Shown: positions 31,820 to 45,000 of the stretch, piece by piece
How positions within the stretch are numbered: position 1 is the first letter of the stretch
Layout: each line of letters starts with the position of its first letter
Virus record (IMG/VR): IMGVR_UViG_3300050343_000255
Span: 42,358-106,357 of that record
DNA length: 64,000 nt
DNA from: a virus
Direction: 5' to 3' (one strand)
Made by a program: the position numbers and the translations under genes
Notes under the pieces: model-generated
Told to the model about the DNA's origin: nothing
What the model saw: the letters and a program-made list of their open reading frames with translations, nothing else
The model's database searches: none

Positions 31820-32254
31820 TTAACTAATAAAGATTAAGTCCTCTTCAATCAATTGATCCCAGTTAACCCTAGGAATATTTTCTAGTTGTTTGAGATTGGC
31901 AAAGCGCTCACCACTTAAAGACATACGTAGTTCAACAATTTTTTTAGCTGTTGCAAATCCAACGCCAGGTAGACGTTTGGCAATCTGCTCTGCTTGTGCT
32001 GCATTCAGATTCAATCGCATATCTTCAATAGGAACAATTGGATCAGGCAATGGCTCTTCAGGAAGCTCTTGTTCTAGTTGTGCAATCTTGACCATCCGAC
32101 CTTTTTCACGGTCATAAGGAACAAGTTGTTCCAAGGTCATAAATGTGACGTTACCTCCAGCATCTTTAACCATTGCAAATTCTTTATCGTGAGTACTGAT
32201 AAACTCAACTAGTTTTCCAGTCTTACTATCTTGAAATAACTTTTGTTCAGCCAT
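31820..32254 (-). CDS. Helix-hairpin-helix (ComEA-like) DNA-binding protein
   Basis: LNLNAAQAEQIAKRLPGVGFATAKKIVELR...F.NLKQL. Confidence 0.8.
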   Translation of the reverse strand: MAEQKLFQDSKTGKLVEFISTHDKEFAMVKDAGGNVTFMTLEQLVPYDREKGRMVKIAQLEQELPEEPLPDPIVPIEDMRLNLNAAQAEQIAKRLPGVGFATAKKIVELRMSLSGERFANLKQLENIPRVNWDQLIEEDLIFIS

Positions 32255-32288
32255 ATTTTTGGGGTATTCCTTTTCATATTATAGGCAC

Positions 32289-32314
32289 AAAAAAAGCGCC
32301 TCATAAGAGACGCC
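32289..32314 (-). terminator. Terminator after the capsid genes
   Basis: GGCGTCTC-TTAT-GAGGCGC followed by a T run on the minus strand. Confidence 0.75.
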
Positions 32315-32335
32315 TTAGTTATCTGATTGTTATTA

Positions 32336-32977
32336 TCAGGTGCCTTGACCAGCTTCAATTCCATAAGGAATGTGAGCGTCGCTTGCATCAGGTGCGGGAG
32401 CGGGACGGTAGTAGCAGATCTCGACCAAGATGGCAGAGGGGCTCTTACGGTCTGCACCAGCAGAAGGGTTCTGCTCAGCAGTGAAGTTGGCAGAAGTGAT
32501 GACTTGAACAGCAGTGTCAGCAGAAGTGCTGATAGCAGTGCCATTGACAATTCCCAACATTGCGGAGGCAGCGCCATCAGCAGGGAAGAACTTGTCAGAG
32601 CCTGCAGTCAGGGTTACTTCACTACCAGTGTCACCAGGAGCGTTACTACCAAGAGCAACGATCTTGACGGTGTTACCGGAAGCAGCAGCTTTGACGCCAG
32701 GTGCGTTCAATGCGGTGCGATAAACAACGGAATTCTTAGGAATCACGAATGCTTTATCTACACGTGGCTTGTCATCCTGACGAAGATCAGGGGACAGAAC
32801 CTTCAAGTTGTAGGTGCCAGCCGCCAAAACACCACCGGAAAGAACTCCAGCGTTATCGGGATCTAGAACGAGAGCACCGACGATGCGGTAGAACTCAACA
32901 CCTGGGAGAGCCTCAACACCCTGTTCGCGATATGCGTTCAGGTGGGCTACATAATTACCGGGAAAAATTACGGACAT
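32336..32977 (-). CDS. Capsid-associated (decoration/minor capsid) protein
   Basis: Directly after the major capsid gene; similar GC-rich composition; followed by a terminator. Confidence 0.6.
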   Translation of the reverse strand: MSVIFPGNYVAHLNAYREQGVEALPGVEFYRIVGALVLDPDNAGVLSGGVLAAGTYNLKVLSPDLRQDDKPRVDKAFVIPKNSVVYRTALNAPGVKAAASGNTVKIVALGSNAPGDTGSEVTLTAGSDKFFPADGAASAMLGIVNGTAISTSADTAVQVITSANFTAEQNPSAGADRKSPSAILVEICYYRPAPAPDASDAHIPYGIEAGQGT

Positions 32978-32993
32978 AGTTAGTTAGCTCCTA

Positions 32994-34141
32994 TCAATAT
33001 ACGAAAGAGTAACCAACCGTAATGAAATCGCGGTTAAGCGTTTCAAAACCGGCAAACAGCGACCAGATCATGATGATGAAACGGCTGAAGTCGTCGTTGT
33101 TGTTCAACAGAATCTGTGCGTTGTTACCACCAATACCCACGCCAACAGCCTGAGGGCCGAAGAAGACAAGTTGAGATGCTGTGTAATCAGCAGCGCCTGC
33201 GGCCTCATCAGTCACAATCAAGTTGTAAGTGGTTTCGGGCAGGTTGGTGGACTCGAACCAACGGACACCCTCAAAGAGGAAGCCAGTAGGCATAACGGGT
33301 TGACCGGCAACAAAGCCAGCTTGACCGTAAGCAGGACCCATGCCTTGGTAGAAGTTGGCATTAGGTGCTTCACCAGGGTTCATAGGATTAACAATCCCTT
33401 GACCTGGATAACGTGCGATTTCGCGGAAGTCGGCGTTCTGACGCAGATGCATCATTGCGGTCGGATCCACGATGCAACGGTAGTAACCATCAGCGAAGGT
33501 AGGAACGTTGCGCTTACGCATGTCCTTGACCACTTCGAGGAGGTCAGTCTTGACATCGAATTTGGCGGACTCACCAGCGGCGTACGTCACACCCAAGGTT
33601 CCACCAGCGCCACCCTTAGGCTTACCGCCGGGCAGGTAGTAACCACCTTGATCTTTGCTGGCTTGACCAGCAGCTTCTGCCTTCAGCAGTTCGTTTGCGA
33701 AGACACGATCACGCCAACGACGATAGTCATCCAGCAAGGTCAAAGAACCGATGCTTTGGTGGAAGACATTCAGGTTGCCGGTATCAAGCAGCAGACGCTG
33801 AGCAGTGATCAGGGTTTCACGAGCCACCTTGAAAGTAGAAGGCTGTGAAGCATCGCGAGAATCAGCAGGGCCGGTGTACTCACGAAGAGTAACGAGCACT
33901 TTGTCCTTAACGATGTTGCGTGCGGAGGCGGATCCAAGTGTTTGATCGGCAGTCCGCTCACGGGACTCCTTAGTACCAGGCTTACCCCAGAAGCGATACC
34001 GGTCAACTGAACAGTTTGACCAGGTTGCTTGGAGAAGTCATGAACAACTACTGGCTCAACTGCCATCTCAATGATGTAGGCAGGATGAGGACGGTAAAGT
34101 TCTGCACCAAGAAGCTTCGGAAAATCATTATCAATCCACAT
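32994..34141 (-). CDS. Major capsid protein (one frameshift near 34000)
   Basis: Position; ~380 aa when joined; VTLREY, GFLFEGVRWFESTN, NDDFSRF. Confidence 0.75.
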
Positions 34142-34255
34142 AGGATCGTAACTCCGTAAGCTAAAAAAGTTATAAGTGACTTCGACTTAGTCACATATAA
34201 CGATAGTACTTGTTATTGCTATACTTTTAACTATATACCCCAATATTTTGTGGTT

Positions 34256-34632
34256 ATGGAATTTATAGACGATAAAATTTGGACACCTATTCATTTTTGC
34301 CTGGATATGAGTGCTGTATTGAGTACTACATAAACTCAGTAGGGTGAAATAAAAAGTACCAAAGGTAAGTCAGAAAAGCTTCTAAACAACGTAAAAATAA
34401 GAATGGATATATGCAGGTTAATCTTGACGCAGCGTATTGGTCGAAGAGAACTATAACTGTTACAGTTCATAAGTTAGTTGCCCTTGCATTTTTAAAACCT
34501 CCACTGACAATGCCTGGTAGAACAAAAGCATGCAGTCGTGTAGCGCATGTTGATGGACATAAACATAACAACTCAGCTTGTAATCTTAAATGGACTAAAA
34601 TAGAAGAAAGTTGTAATAGCAAAAATGGCTGA
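34256..34632 (+). CDS. NUMOD4/HNH homing-endonuclease-like gene, frameshifted
   Basis: GYMQVNL...VHKLVALAF...HVDG.K.NN...NLKW. Confidence 0.7.
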
Positions 34633-35122
34633 TAGTCTTATTCTTACTGGTGTGAAAGATGTTACAAAAACACACCGGCAAGGAACTCTTGCTTACTCGC
34701 CCTAAGCGGGGTGGTGATACTCACAAGATCAAAGAATGGTGGCATGGAACAAATGGTGTTCAGTATGTTGACTGCACCATTTTTGATGTGACTGCCAAAG
34801 GAGAAAGATGAAGCTTGCTGTAGCTTCTACAAACGGAACCTTTGTGCGCATTGATCATGACGGTGAATTGAACTTCGCGTTCTATGCCTCACGCAATGTC
34901 ACTCGTGCTGCTCTATTCACTCAAGAACTTCAGCTTGTAGAGCACTATGTTCTACCTTCTATGAGCGGTGGCAAAGTGATGACTGTTACTCCTCATGGTG
35001 CAGTAACCAAGCCTGTATTTGTAATCAAAGAGGCAGTCAAAGCCTGCAGCACCTGTTAAAACAAAAGCCACAAAGAAAGTAGTTACTAAAGAATATAAGT
35101 CTGCTATCAAAAAAGAAGACTA
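34626..35122 (+). CDS. Hypothetical protein, frameshifted
   Basis: Includes ORF 34808-35059; TAAAATAG upstream. Confidence 0.45.
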
Positions 35123-35838
35123 GAAGCTAGGACGATCTGAAGTTCTCATAATATAATTCTTGTCACTGATTGATTCCAGTGACTTGTATTCATTACCAAT
35201 ATCAATTTGAATGTTATAAGGCAATCGTCTTAGTGTTTCTTGCGTGAATGCCAACATAGAAAAAGTCACGTGGTTTGATATACATCAAATCGTAAGGATG
35301 CTCTTCATGCTCACTTGTATATAAACGTACGTCTAAGTTTGCATCGTTATACATATTAGAAGTTTTTAAGTTAGTGAAGATCAATACTTAGGTAAGCATC
35401 TAAACCAATTGCAGGCAATGTAAGTGGAGGTGTAGCAGCAGATGAATATCCTGTATCTAGTTCTGCTCCTGCTCTGATCAAGGGCACTAGTTACAAATCC
35501 TGTATCGTCTTCTGTTTCAAAAAATTAATATCAGCTTTTATATAACCTGGCTCCATATATTCTTTAAGAACAATGTCACCAATAATATTTAGCTTTACTT
35601 TTATAAAGTGATTCTCTACTCCGAATAAACCAACAGCATCAGAATACGCAATGAAAAAGGTACAACGTTTACTTCAGCGAGTTCCGCTTTGTAATGCTTG
35701 CACCTGTTGCATAGTTAAGTGATCGACTAGATGAGTAGCGATCAGGGTTTGTATTATCACTAGCAGAATACGTTTGGTTTTGCTTTAGTAATTCTGTTGT
35801 GACATCCATGTCCGCATTGCTTCTTTACCTCTATTGTA

Positions 35839-36778
35839 TTAAAGATAGTCATTGACAGATTCTGATTCCTCACGCAAGTTCTTAAGTGCTTTGTGCTCTA
35901 ACGTTCTTACACGGTCACGGCTCATGTTCAACACTTGACCAATTGCTGTCATTGACATTGGTTCAAGAATATCCTCTCCAATTCCATATCTCATACTAAT
36001 TACAGCAGCTTGCATTTCAGGAAGCTCACCAATTAGTTCTCGAATATCATCTTTAATGAACTGTTGCTCTAGCAGCATTTCTGGTAGTTGTGTTTTATCT
36101 TCTAATAGATCAATCAATGCTGTATCCCGATTCTCTCCAATTTTAATTTCTAATGATGTAGGTTGACGAGCCTTACACATTAAATCTTTAATTTCATCTA
36201 CCTTTAGATTTAGGTATTCAGATAATTCAAATACATTTGGAAGCTGTCCATTGATCTGACTTAATTCACGTTGGGCTTTCTTAAGTTTGTTGAGGTTCTC
36301 AGTAACATGGATTGGTAACCGGATCGCCCTCGATTTCTCAGCGATTGCGCGAGTGATCCCTTGACGGATCCACCAGTAGGCGTAAGTAGAAAACTTGTAA
36401 CCACGGCCAGGATCAAACTTCTCGACGCCACGTACGAGACCGATCGTGCCTTCTTGGATAATGTCCAGAAGGTCCATGTTCCGCTTGGTGTATTTCTTAG
36501 CAACGGACACCACAAGCCGGAGGTTGGCAGTAACCATTTTGTCTTTGGCTTTTTCACCATCTCTGATTTGTTTGCGTAGATCCTTGTAAGGAACATCCAG
36601 CACTCGTGATACATCTTTGTGTCATCTAGCTGTAGTTCATCTTTAATGTTTTGATTTCCATCAAACGTTGAACTTGTCTGCCTAACAAGATTTCTTCGTC
36701 ATGCTCAAGTAAAGGAATTCGTCCGATATCACGGAGATATGCACGGACAGAATCTCCTGTACTCTTTGTAGATGCCAT
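35839..36778 (-). CDS. Sigma70-family (cyanobacterial group-2-like) sigma factor, frameshifted
   Basis: [62 protein letters not shown]. Confidence 0.93.
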
Positions 36779-37864
36779 ATTTGTCTTTTCGCTTATATTT
36801 AATTCTATCAGCCTAAGTGTTATTTATCAACTATAGATTCCAGCAAACCTAATGTACTTTCTTTTGGATTTTCTCCTGACTCAAGTGATTCAACTGCCAT
36901 CGCTTGTGCAGCATGTTCGTTATATCCTTTCTCTTTATAGTTAGTCAGATTTCGTTCGTACTGCTCAATCGAACTTTCAAAGTCTTCACCATGGTGAATC
37001 ATCTCAGCTGCCATTTGATTTGCAGCTTGATCTTCTACACCATCAGATTTCAGATGTTTCCATATTGCCTGAAAAATATCAGGATCACTTGCTAATCACC
37101 AGCCTTTCTTGTATTCACTTGGCAACACTATGAATCTCTATTTATTCTATCAATTACTACTAAACTAATCCTTTAAGTCGAGACTGTTGTGCAACAGATG
37201 CCAATGCTGCAGCGTAGTTTGGATCTGCCATTCTTGCCATTTCACTATCTTTTCACCTTTGGCAGCAAGAATTGCCATGAAATTTACGTGACCTGACTTC
37301 TGTTGATTTGCAATTTGTGCAGCACTAAGTCCTTGAACCTTTTGCATGCCTTCCATGGCTACACGTCCTTGGGTTTCATTGGTAATAGCTTGTTGACCAG
37401 CATTACTAACAAGTTGCTGATCTGAATGCCTTGTTGAAATTCTTGTGAGTTAAGCATGTCTACAATTAGCTTTAATTCTGTTATCTATATTGTACGTAAA
37501 TTAAATACGTCCTTGTTCAGGACCATCTACGTAATCAACTGCTGCCAATAAAGCAGCTAGTCCACCAGCTCCGGCTAGTACTTCTCCAGCCATGCGCTTT
37601 TCCTTGTCTTTCTTCAGGGCGTATGAACCACCTTCTCTAAGTAGTTCTTTGACAAAAATGTCAAGGTTTTTGTTCTCAGGTCGTGAGGCAAGCTCTAGTG
37701 CCTGAGCTACATCTTCTGACGTTGGCTTACGACCTAAGACTTTTTCTAAAACCTCAGGAGTAGTTTGCCGTGAAAGACATAATCCAAATCTGGATTAGAA
37801 GGCAACGACCCCGAAGAGCCGATGCCTAGTTCTCTTGCACGTCTGCCAGAGTTGTAGTAACCCA

Positions 37865-38853
37865 TTACATGTCTTGAATAAGAGCCTTAGCTTGCAGGGC
37901 ACCTTGAGGAGCCTGTGAGAGGTAACGCCATGCGTTCTCAGGGGAGCTATCCATCATTTCGCTGAAGGAGCCCCAGAAGTCATTTGCCTGGTTGACCTGA
38001 CGGCCAGGGGTAGGCATGTCCATTTGAGGACGCTGGAAGTTCTGTGGGACTTGTCCTTGCTCTTGAGCTTGGATCTCAGCTTCGAACTGTGCACGAGCTT
38101 CTTGCTGCTGACGGACTTGTGTCTCATCAGCGGTCTCGGTTGGGTAAGGACCCTGAGGACCGAAGAACTCATTGACGTAATCAGCCAACACATCAGGGTT
38201 GGTGAGCATCAGGTTCATTGCACCGTTCTCTTCGGTAGAAGCTTCGAATGCACTAAGGACATTGTTGCCACGCTGAACTTGCTCGATCAGTGCGTCTTCA
38301 ACTGCACAGGCATAGGTGTTCAGGAGAGCAGGGGCTTCAGCACCAAAGTGCTCAAGAACCTCAAGACTTTCTCCGCTGATTCCGCTTAGGTACTGATCCT
38401 GAGCCTGACTGGCTCCGTGCTGCACCGCTTGCTGCACCAGGCTGCTGACGTCGGATTCCGTATAGCTCTGGGTTGAAACTTGGGGCTGCGAAATCTGCTG
38501 AACCTGTGGGGCCATTGAAGCCCAACTGGGTTGAGTAGTTGCCTGCGGCGTCGGTGTCGTCTGGTATGCCGAGGGTGAAACCTGGGCCTGGGAGGGGCTG
38601 GACGTATTCAGGCTTGCGCTGAGCGCCTGGAACGCCTGCTGCCATGGATTGCCCTGAGTTGGAGCCGAAGGCTGCGGGGCCGGGGCCGATGCCTGGTAAG
38701 CCGGTGCCTGGGGTGCCATTGGCTGACCCATTGATGCCGGGGAGGTTGGGACTGGCTCGTCGCGTACTGGCTGGCCGCGCTGGGCACGTAGTTGGTCGGC
38801 GCTGCTGAGCTCGTCGGGGATACTTGTTGTGCTGGCTGGCTTGTAACTTCCAC
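37865..38853 (-). CDS. Putative scaffold protein (Gln/Pro-rich N-terminus); frameshift near 38750
   Basis: Between portal and capsid; GTG at 38853; low-complexity head and helical C-terminus. Confidence 0.6.
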
Positions 38854-40618
38854 TGTAACTTAACTCCTTACGTAAGAATTCTAAAGATCGATATAAGAAC
38901 CCTGTCATATCAAGGTTCGGGTCAGAAGCCAAAGGCATGTCTGGCATCTGTGGATGAGGCAATTGATAGAACTGCCCAAGTAAACTAATAAAACTATTAA
39001 TACTGCTTTGTGTTTGCTGGACCATTCTGAAGGGGAAGCCACTTAACATTGCAGCTCGTTCTTCATCAGTTTTTCCAGGGAATAAGTATTTGAGAGCTTC
39101 AATAGAATCAACTCCCAATTCTTGAAGGTTGCGAACGACGATACTGTTATTAAGCAGATCTTCAGTGCTTTCTTCAAAGACTTCTCCCATCCAACGCCAA
39201 CTGACTTTTGATGCTCCGTCAGGAACAAGGCCAGTAACACCAGGGGGTATTTCACCTGCGTCTAGTTTAGCACGCATCTCTTTATCACGTTTCTGAATAA
39301 ACTTCTGATAGTTGTCTTGATATTTACCATAAGCTTTTTCATATTCTTTCTCATCTTCAAACTCTTCAGGCAAAGGAAGTTCTGGTTCTTCAATCCATTG
39401 CAGCAGCGAATGAATCATTAAAGTTACGCTCCTCTGCATAAATCATCATTGAGAACAGAGGACATAAGCCATATGTAAATAAGTGCTCTTGCTTTCTTTT
39501 CAGCAGTAGCTGCTACACGTCCATATAGTGTTTTAATTTCATATGCTGTAGCAGCAGTATTAATGTCAATATCGTCTACGCCACCAAGGCAAGTCGAATT
39601 TCAGATCGGTACTGTTTGACGTATAAATTCTGGTCACCAGATACACTGTCAGGTGTCATATAACCAACTCGATCAGTTGGCTCTAGGTTTGCAATAACTC
39701 GTGGAACTTTGATCTGTCCATCAAGTGTTCCAGCCACCAAAAGGTTGACTTACACGTGTACTTGCTCTACCTGTGCCTCCAATAGGAGCAAATCCTGCTT
39801 GAGAGCTAATCGTAGGACGGAAACTATTGTCATCTCCACTATCAAGGATGTCATGACGTGGACGACTAGAGATAAGTGTTGGGTTACCGAAGAACTTCAT
39901 GTTCTTACGGATGTTGCGCACTAATTCATCGTGATACAAGATCTGATGTGCTAACCAATCAAATTCACCATTACCTGTTGCTTCACCTGTGCAGTCCATG
40001 TGGTTAAACACTTCAACCGCAGGAATAAATCCAAGACTGTTAGTCAATACTTCTGTTTGACCAGGCATCTTGAAGGGCATTGCACCCATTTGATTTGAGA
40101 ACTCAATTTTCTCGTCTGAGATCGTTTGCTCAATACGATCTTTGTAGACCTTCAGTTGAATCCACTTCTTTTTACCATTCGATCCATTTGAACCTGGCAG
40201 ATTGTCTGCTAATCCAATGGTTTGCTGAACATTAAAGGAATAAACAAGAACTAATGACTCAAGATCTCCAGCTTGGTCGCGATATGCCCTATAACTGTCC
40301 TTAGGGAAGTAGAGAATCTGATAACTTTCTCCTGCTGGTCGGAAATAAAATAGACCTTGCCATCACATAGGAAGTAATCAACAATGCTTTCGAATTTCAT
40401 CTCAAGCATGTTCTCTTCACAGAGTTTATTTATAAATTCCCTACGTTTCCAAATGAATCTTGTTCTGCATAGAACTCAATGCCTCTGCGAAGCATAAATG
40501 TTCTCATCTGTGCTAGATGAGAGGACACAATCATTGTGTCTACAGATAAATCTCCTCGCCTTTCTTTGGCAGCTAATAGTATTTGTTGAAATTCGCTATT
40601 AATTGAATTCATTGACAT
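38750..40618 (-). CDS. Portal protein in several frameshifted fragments; end approximate
   Basis: Position after terminase; NSLGFIPAV...N, FFGNP; ~600 aa when joined. Confidence 0.65.
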
Positions 40619-40644
40619 ATTTCATGCTGTCTTATAGTTCAATA

Positions 40645-41572
40645 CTACTTGATTTTGTCTAATGTGTCCTCATAAATCTTCTCAGCATTTGATGTGATTG
40701 GTGAGGGCATTCCAGGAATCTCAAAGTTGAAATCAAACGGACTCTTGCCTTTGAAGATCTTTTCACGTCCAGCATCAGGCTCGATTACGTGACTCTTGAA
40801 TTGAATTTTTAGTCCAGCATTTAGTTCAGCATCACGCTGAGGATTGTTCGGACTATAGTCAACATTCTTGTAAGTATCATACTCTCTACGATTAGCCCGT
40901 TGTGCTAAACGGTTGGAATCAATGTACATATCCATAAACTTTTGAGATGCTGCAGGACTGTCGTCCACATCATAGAATCCACCCATCGTTGCACTAGATA
41001 CAGGTGTGTCATAAAGCTTACTTTCACCATCTCCACCTGTGTAATTAAATGTGCGAGTACTGCCTCCATAAAAACGTCTTGAATTATCTGTGTTATCAAC
41101 ACTATTATCTATAGTCTGGGTAATGGAGTTATCCTGATTTGCTTGATTATTATTACCGTTGATGGTTTGTGGATTTGCTTGTGAAATTGGTGAATTAATA
41201 GATCCATCTCCTAGAATGTTCCAGCACTAAATGGTACGGGAGTTTGTGCAGCAGCTGGATCACTGTCAGTACTTTCTGGCTTATTAAAATGTAACACCAC
41301 TGCTTTTCTAAGTAAGATCGTTGCTTGACCTATTAAACTTGGCACCGTCATTAACTAGCCCTTGATATTTCGCAACCATACTATTATCACCTTCATCAAT
41401 AGATACTCCTTCAGGACGTTCACGGAATTCAGAAATTACTTCTTTAGCTGAGTATCTGCCATCTTTAGTTGGGTCTTGCTGACCTTCAGCTGAAATACGA
41501 TTGTATTCTTGATGTGCCAAGACGTTCTTCTAAAGCGTTTCTAAATCCATTACTACCTGCTTTACGAGCCAT
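40645..41572 (-). CDS. Hypothetical protein starting MARKAG, frameshifted; shares a block with 60869-61508
   Basis: Fragments 41308-41520 and 40645-40986; GDGSINSPISQA block. Confidence 0.5.
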
Positions 41573-41580
41573 CTCACTAT

Positions 41581-43121
41581 TTATAAATTAAAGCTGTCAC
41601 TATTGTAGTCCATTTGTAAACTACCTCTTCTTAGTAGTCCACCCATTGTTAGTACCATTGAATCTACAGCGTCATCATGTGGTGAATGTCCAAAGTTAAG
41701 TAGCTCTTCTTCTAGTACATCCCACTTACGCCATTTATTCCATATAACTTTCTTGTGTTCATATAAACCAAGTACACCTCGAAGCCTTGCAAGTTTATCT
41801 CCTTTAAATCCTTTAACTGGAGAAACAGATAAGGTTATACAGTGCACGTTGTTCCAAGAATTATTCTTTTAAAATCACCTTCAAATGAGTTTTGATAAGC
41901 AACGGCTTCAGGCCATATTATGCACGGCGACATTGTTGGAAAAAATTGACCTTCGTCATTCTCAAGGACTATATTCCAATCAGCAAGCATTTGGCAGAGC
42001 AGATCCATCTTATCGAGATTGCCCATCGTGCGAGCACGCCGTTGATCGATCATGTAGATTTTGCCTTCTTTAATTCCACCAAGAGTCATGACAGTCCAGT
42101 CATTCTTCTCTTTTAATCCAGCACTTAGGTCAATACCTACACCAAGACAATCGTAATCATCTGGTACTTCTCCTTTAATAATAAGTTCTGGTGAGATGCC
42201 AACATCAGTTGACTTAACTGCTGTATTCAAGTACTGATATGCAAAGGCAACACGATCTTCTAACTTACGATCATTAAGATATTTCATTGACCAAAACTCT
42301 GGCCAATAGGAACGCTGCTTTCCGTCAGCGTCTGTTATGACTGCTCGCTGAACAATCTGTTTCCACTTGTTTTTTGGAACGAATAACGTGGCGTGAATAT
42401 CGTCAAAGTGGAAGCGGGTTCCCAAACAGATAGCCCGTGCACCTTGAAACATCGTTGGTGCGATAACGTTAGACCACGTCTGCTCCATCTCACGGCGAAT
42501 GTCTGGGTTGTTGATCGAAGCGGCAGATTTGATAGGGTCATCAATAAGCACCAGCTGCGATCGTTTAGAGGTGATTGCACCTTTGAGACCACCACACGCA
42601 ATTGTGAAAGCTTCTTCACCTGCTGTGTCAATTCCTGCAAACTCATAATCAATAGACCAGTATTCATCCGAACGTTTTATTTTTGAGAGTCTGACCATTG
42701 GAAAGATCTCTCGATATTTGTTACTTATAAGTATCCCTTTAATCGTTGCTGACTTGGCACGACTAATGTCTACCATGTAAGCGATGTAAAGGATACGCAG
42801 CATCTGCTTGGCAGCTGCATGTCGTCCAATCATCCATGCTGCAAACAAACCAAGGACAGTACTTTTGGCAGAACCACGTGGTGCAAGGATCGATGTATTC
42901 GGACCTGCGATTCCTATTAAGCATTCACTATCTTCACCAGTACATAACTCTGCATGCCACTCCAGCATATGTTTTGCAGGAGCTTTACCCATGAACTTAC
43001 AAAAGTCTTGGAAATTATCTCTTGCTTTTAAAACTTCTTCACTAGGTGGTTTTACAGTTACCTTCGTTGCGTTCATCAACGCTATTCGTCTGTATGCTAA
43101 TGAAGCGCTAGGTATTGCCAT
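41581..43121 (-). CDS. terL: Terminase large subunit (frameshift near 41850)
   Basis: Walker A APRGSAKST, Walker B LVLIDD, GTRFH..D, nuclease GIDLS and HDDAVDS. Confidence 0.92.
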
Positions 43122-43152
43122 AAGTTAGCCTTTCCTTAAGTCTAACTAATAT

Positions 43153-43440
43153 TTAAGCTTTTGCTAAGCCAAAACTCTTTGCCATACGATCAGCAGCTTT
43201 GTCTTTCATCCTTCTAATTGCTTTCATTCTTGCTTCTCTTGCCTTACTCTCTGCAAACGATAACCCCATATCTCGTAAGAAAATAGCAGCCTCTTCTGCT
43301 CGTGCATTAGTTCCCGAACTACCATCAGGCATTCCTGGCAATGCTTTAGGTAAATTACTTAGAGACCGAATTGTAGTTACTGATGCATCTGATAATGCAG
43401 GTAATTCTTTTGATTTAGGTAAGTATGGAGAAACGCTCAT
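43153..43440 (-). CDS. Hypothetical protein
   Basis: 95-aa ORF coupled to the upstream gene. Confidence 0.55.
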   Translation of the reverse strand: MSVSPYLPKSKELPALSDASVTTIRSLSNLPKALPGMPDGSSGTNARAEEAAIFLRDMGLSFAESKAREARMKAIRRMKDKAADRMAKSFGLAKA

Positions 43441-43979
43441 TAGCCTAGTTCACTATAAATCTTGGCAAACACTGCATTGATTGCGTTATCAATTGGTTCA
43501 GCTAGGTGTGGATCATCTTTAAATATAGAAGTCATCTCACGCATCACACGATCAGCACCAGCAAGGATTAACCCACGCTTATCTGTTGTACGATTCATTC
43601 GATCAGACGTCTCAATGTGCGAACGTAGTTCCTTTTCAAGCGAAGCAAGGCGTGCCGCACCATCCGAACCTTTGATCTCTCCCGAGGTAATGGCCATTCG
43701 TAAGTCTTGTATATCGGAGTGGAGAGCAGCAATCTCGCTATTGAGTATTTCACGGCGATTGAGTTTCTTAAATTTCATCTTGACCCAACGGGCCATATCA
43801 TTGAATGTACCAGGATAGTTAAGGATTCCGGCATATACCCAAATTTCAATGATCGATGGAGTTACTTCAGCAAATTCTTTGAACTCTTCTGATTCAGACG
43901 CTGGCAAAGTATCCAACCACTGATCGACATACGTCATATAAACTTTACCAGTTTTGCTATTAGTTGTTGACGAGGTCAT
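43440..43979 (-). CDS. Candidate terminase small subunit
   Basis: Helical 179-aa protein two genes upstream of terL; positional evidence only. Confidence 0.4.
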   Translation of the reverse strand: MTSSTTNSKTGKVYMTYVDQWLDTLPASESEEFKEFAEVTPSIIEIWVYAGILNYPGTFNDMARWVKMKFKKLNRREILNSEIAALHSDIQDLRMAITSGEIKGSDGAARLASLEKELRSHIETSDRMNRTTDKRGLILAGADRVMREMTSIFKDDPHLAEPIDNAINAVFAKIYSELG

Positions 43980-44592
43980 CAGAAACCTCTAGCTAAACCA
44001 AGAGCTCGTGATTTATTCCGTGCTTCTCCACGTGCATTAATGTTGTCTTCAAATTCATAACTCTTTCTATCTTGATCACCTTGTGCTGCAATACCCAGTC
44101 GTTGCTGCTCCCCTTGTGTAACTGTACCTAAACGATTTTCAACTCCTTGTGCTCGGTAGTTTTTACGGGTCTGCTCGCCTTGAGCAGCCATTGTTCCAAT
44201 GTTCCTTCCGTAGCTCCTATCTGCATATTCATTAGTCAATTCAAACTGCTTATCTAAACTGCGCATTCCATATTCAAATGTATCAGCTCTGTTTTCACGG
44301 TTATTGCGCATTTCAAGGTTTGCACCAAATAGTGAATTATCCTTATACAACCCAGATCCAAAGTCAGCTTGTTGCTCTGACCTAGCCATATCCATATTTT
44401 TTCCAACCTGATCCGCATACATACCAGTCTGCAGATTAGTCATCCTGTCATAATCTTTATCTACTGGTTGAAAGAAGTTATCACTAAAGGTACTACCAAA
44501 GTTTGCATAACCACTAGAAATTTTATCAATAGCTTCTGATCCGCCTCACCTGATCGTTATTGTCATCTACGCCATCTTTATTTACGTCTACA
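43979..44592 (-). CDS. Hypothetical protein with QGEQ.R repeats (putative internal virion protein)
   Basis: AQGEQTR, AQGVENR, TQGEQQR, AQGDQDR. Confidence 0.55.
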
Positions 44593-44682
44593 AATTCTCT
44601 TGGTCTAGTCATTGTTCTTTTTAACCACTGATATAAATATTGTATCTAACTACAATAGATATATAAAAGACGTAGACGTGTC

Positions 44683-45000
44683 ATGCAATTTAACTATGGT
44701 AATTCCGCAAACTACCTTGCTGGTGGTGCAGCTGTAGCTAATACTTATCTTGATACCTATGACACGTCTCAGAAGACTGGTACTGATGTTAATAAGTTAG
44801 TACAAGCGGAAAGCAAGAAACGGAATCAACAGAGGGTCAATGCAATTGATCAGGTGACTACTGTTGGACAGTTAATACAGATACAGCTGTAGACATTCAG
44901 ACTGGGATGAAGATCACAGATATGGATGCAAAGCTTAAGAAGGATATTGCAAAAATACAGAAGCCTGCGAAGATGGCTGGTGCATTGGCAGCAACATTAA
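44683..45000 (+). CDS. Inverted hypothetical gene with its own TACAATAG motif, frameshifted
   Basis: ATG 44683; motif at 44651. Confidence 0.45.

Noticed and set aside
33171-33848. Long antisense ORFs (also 1187-1627, 32327-32866, 57247-57603)
   Set aside because: Shadows of well-supported genes on the opposite strand, with no recognisable motifs
35839-36778. Sigma factor, petF and rlpA as host chromosomal DNA flanking a prophage
   Set aside because: Each is embedded among phage genes, and the att site has arm-like repeats on both sides, as expected for the excised form
37865-39439. 524-aa portal-scaffold fusion ORF
   Set aside because: Probably a chimera created by an indel near 38750; the scaffold has its own GTG start at 38853 in another frame
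32994-43121. Frameshifts in capsid, sigma, portal and terminase read as pseudogenes or programmed recoding
   Set aside because: Indels occur throughout the window, including in essential genes, with protein motifs intact on both sides; sequencing error is the simplest explanation
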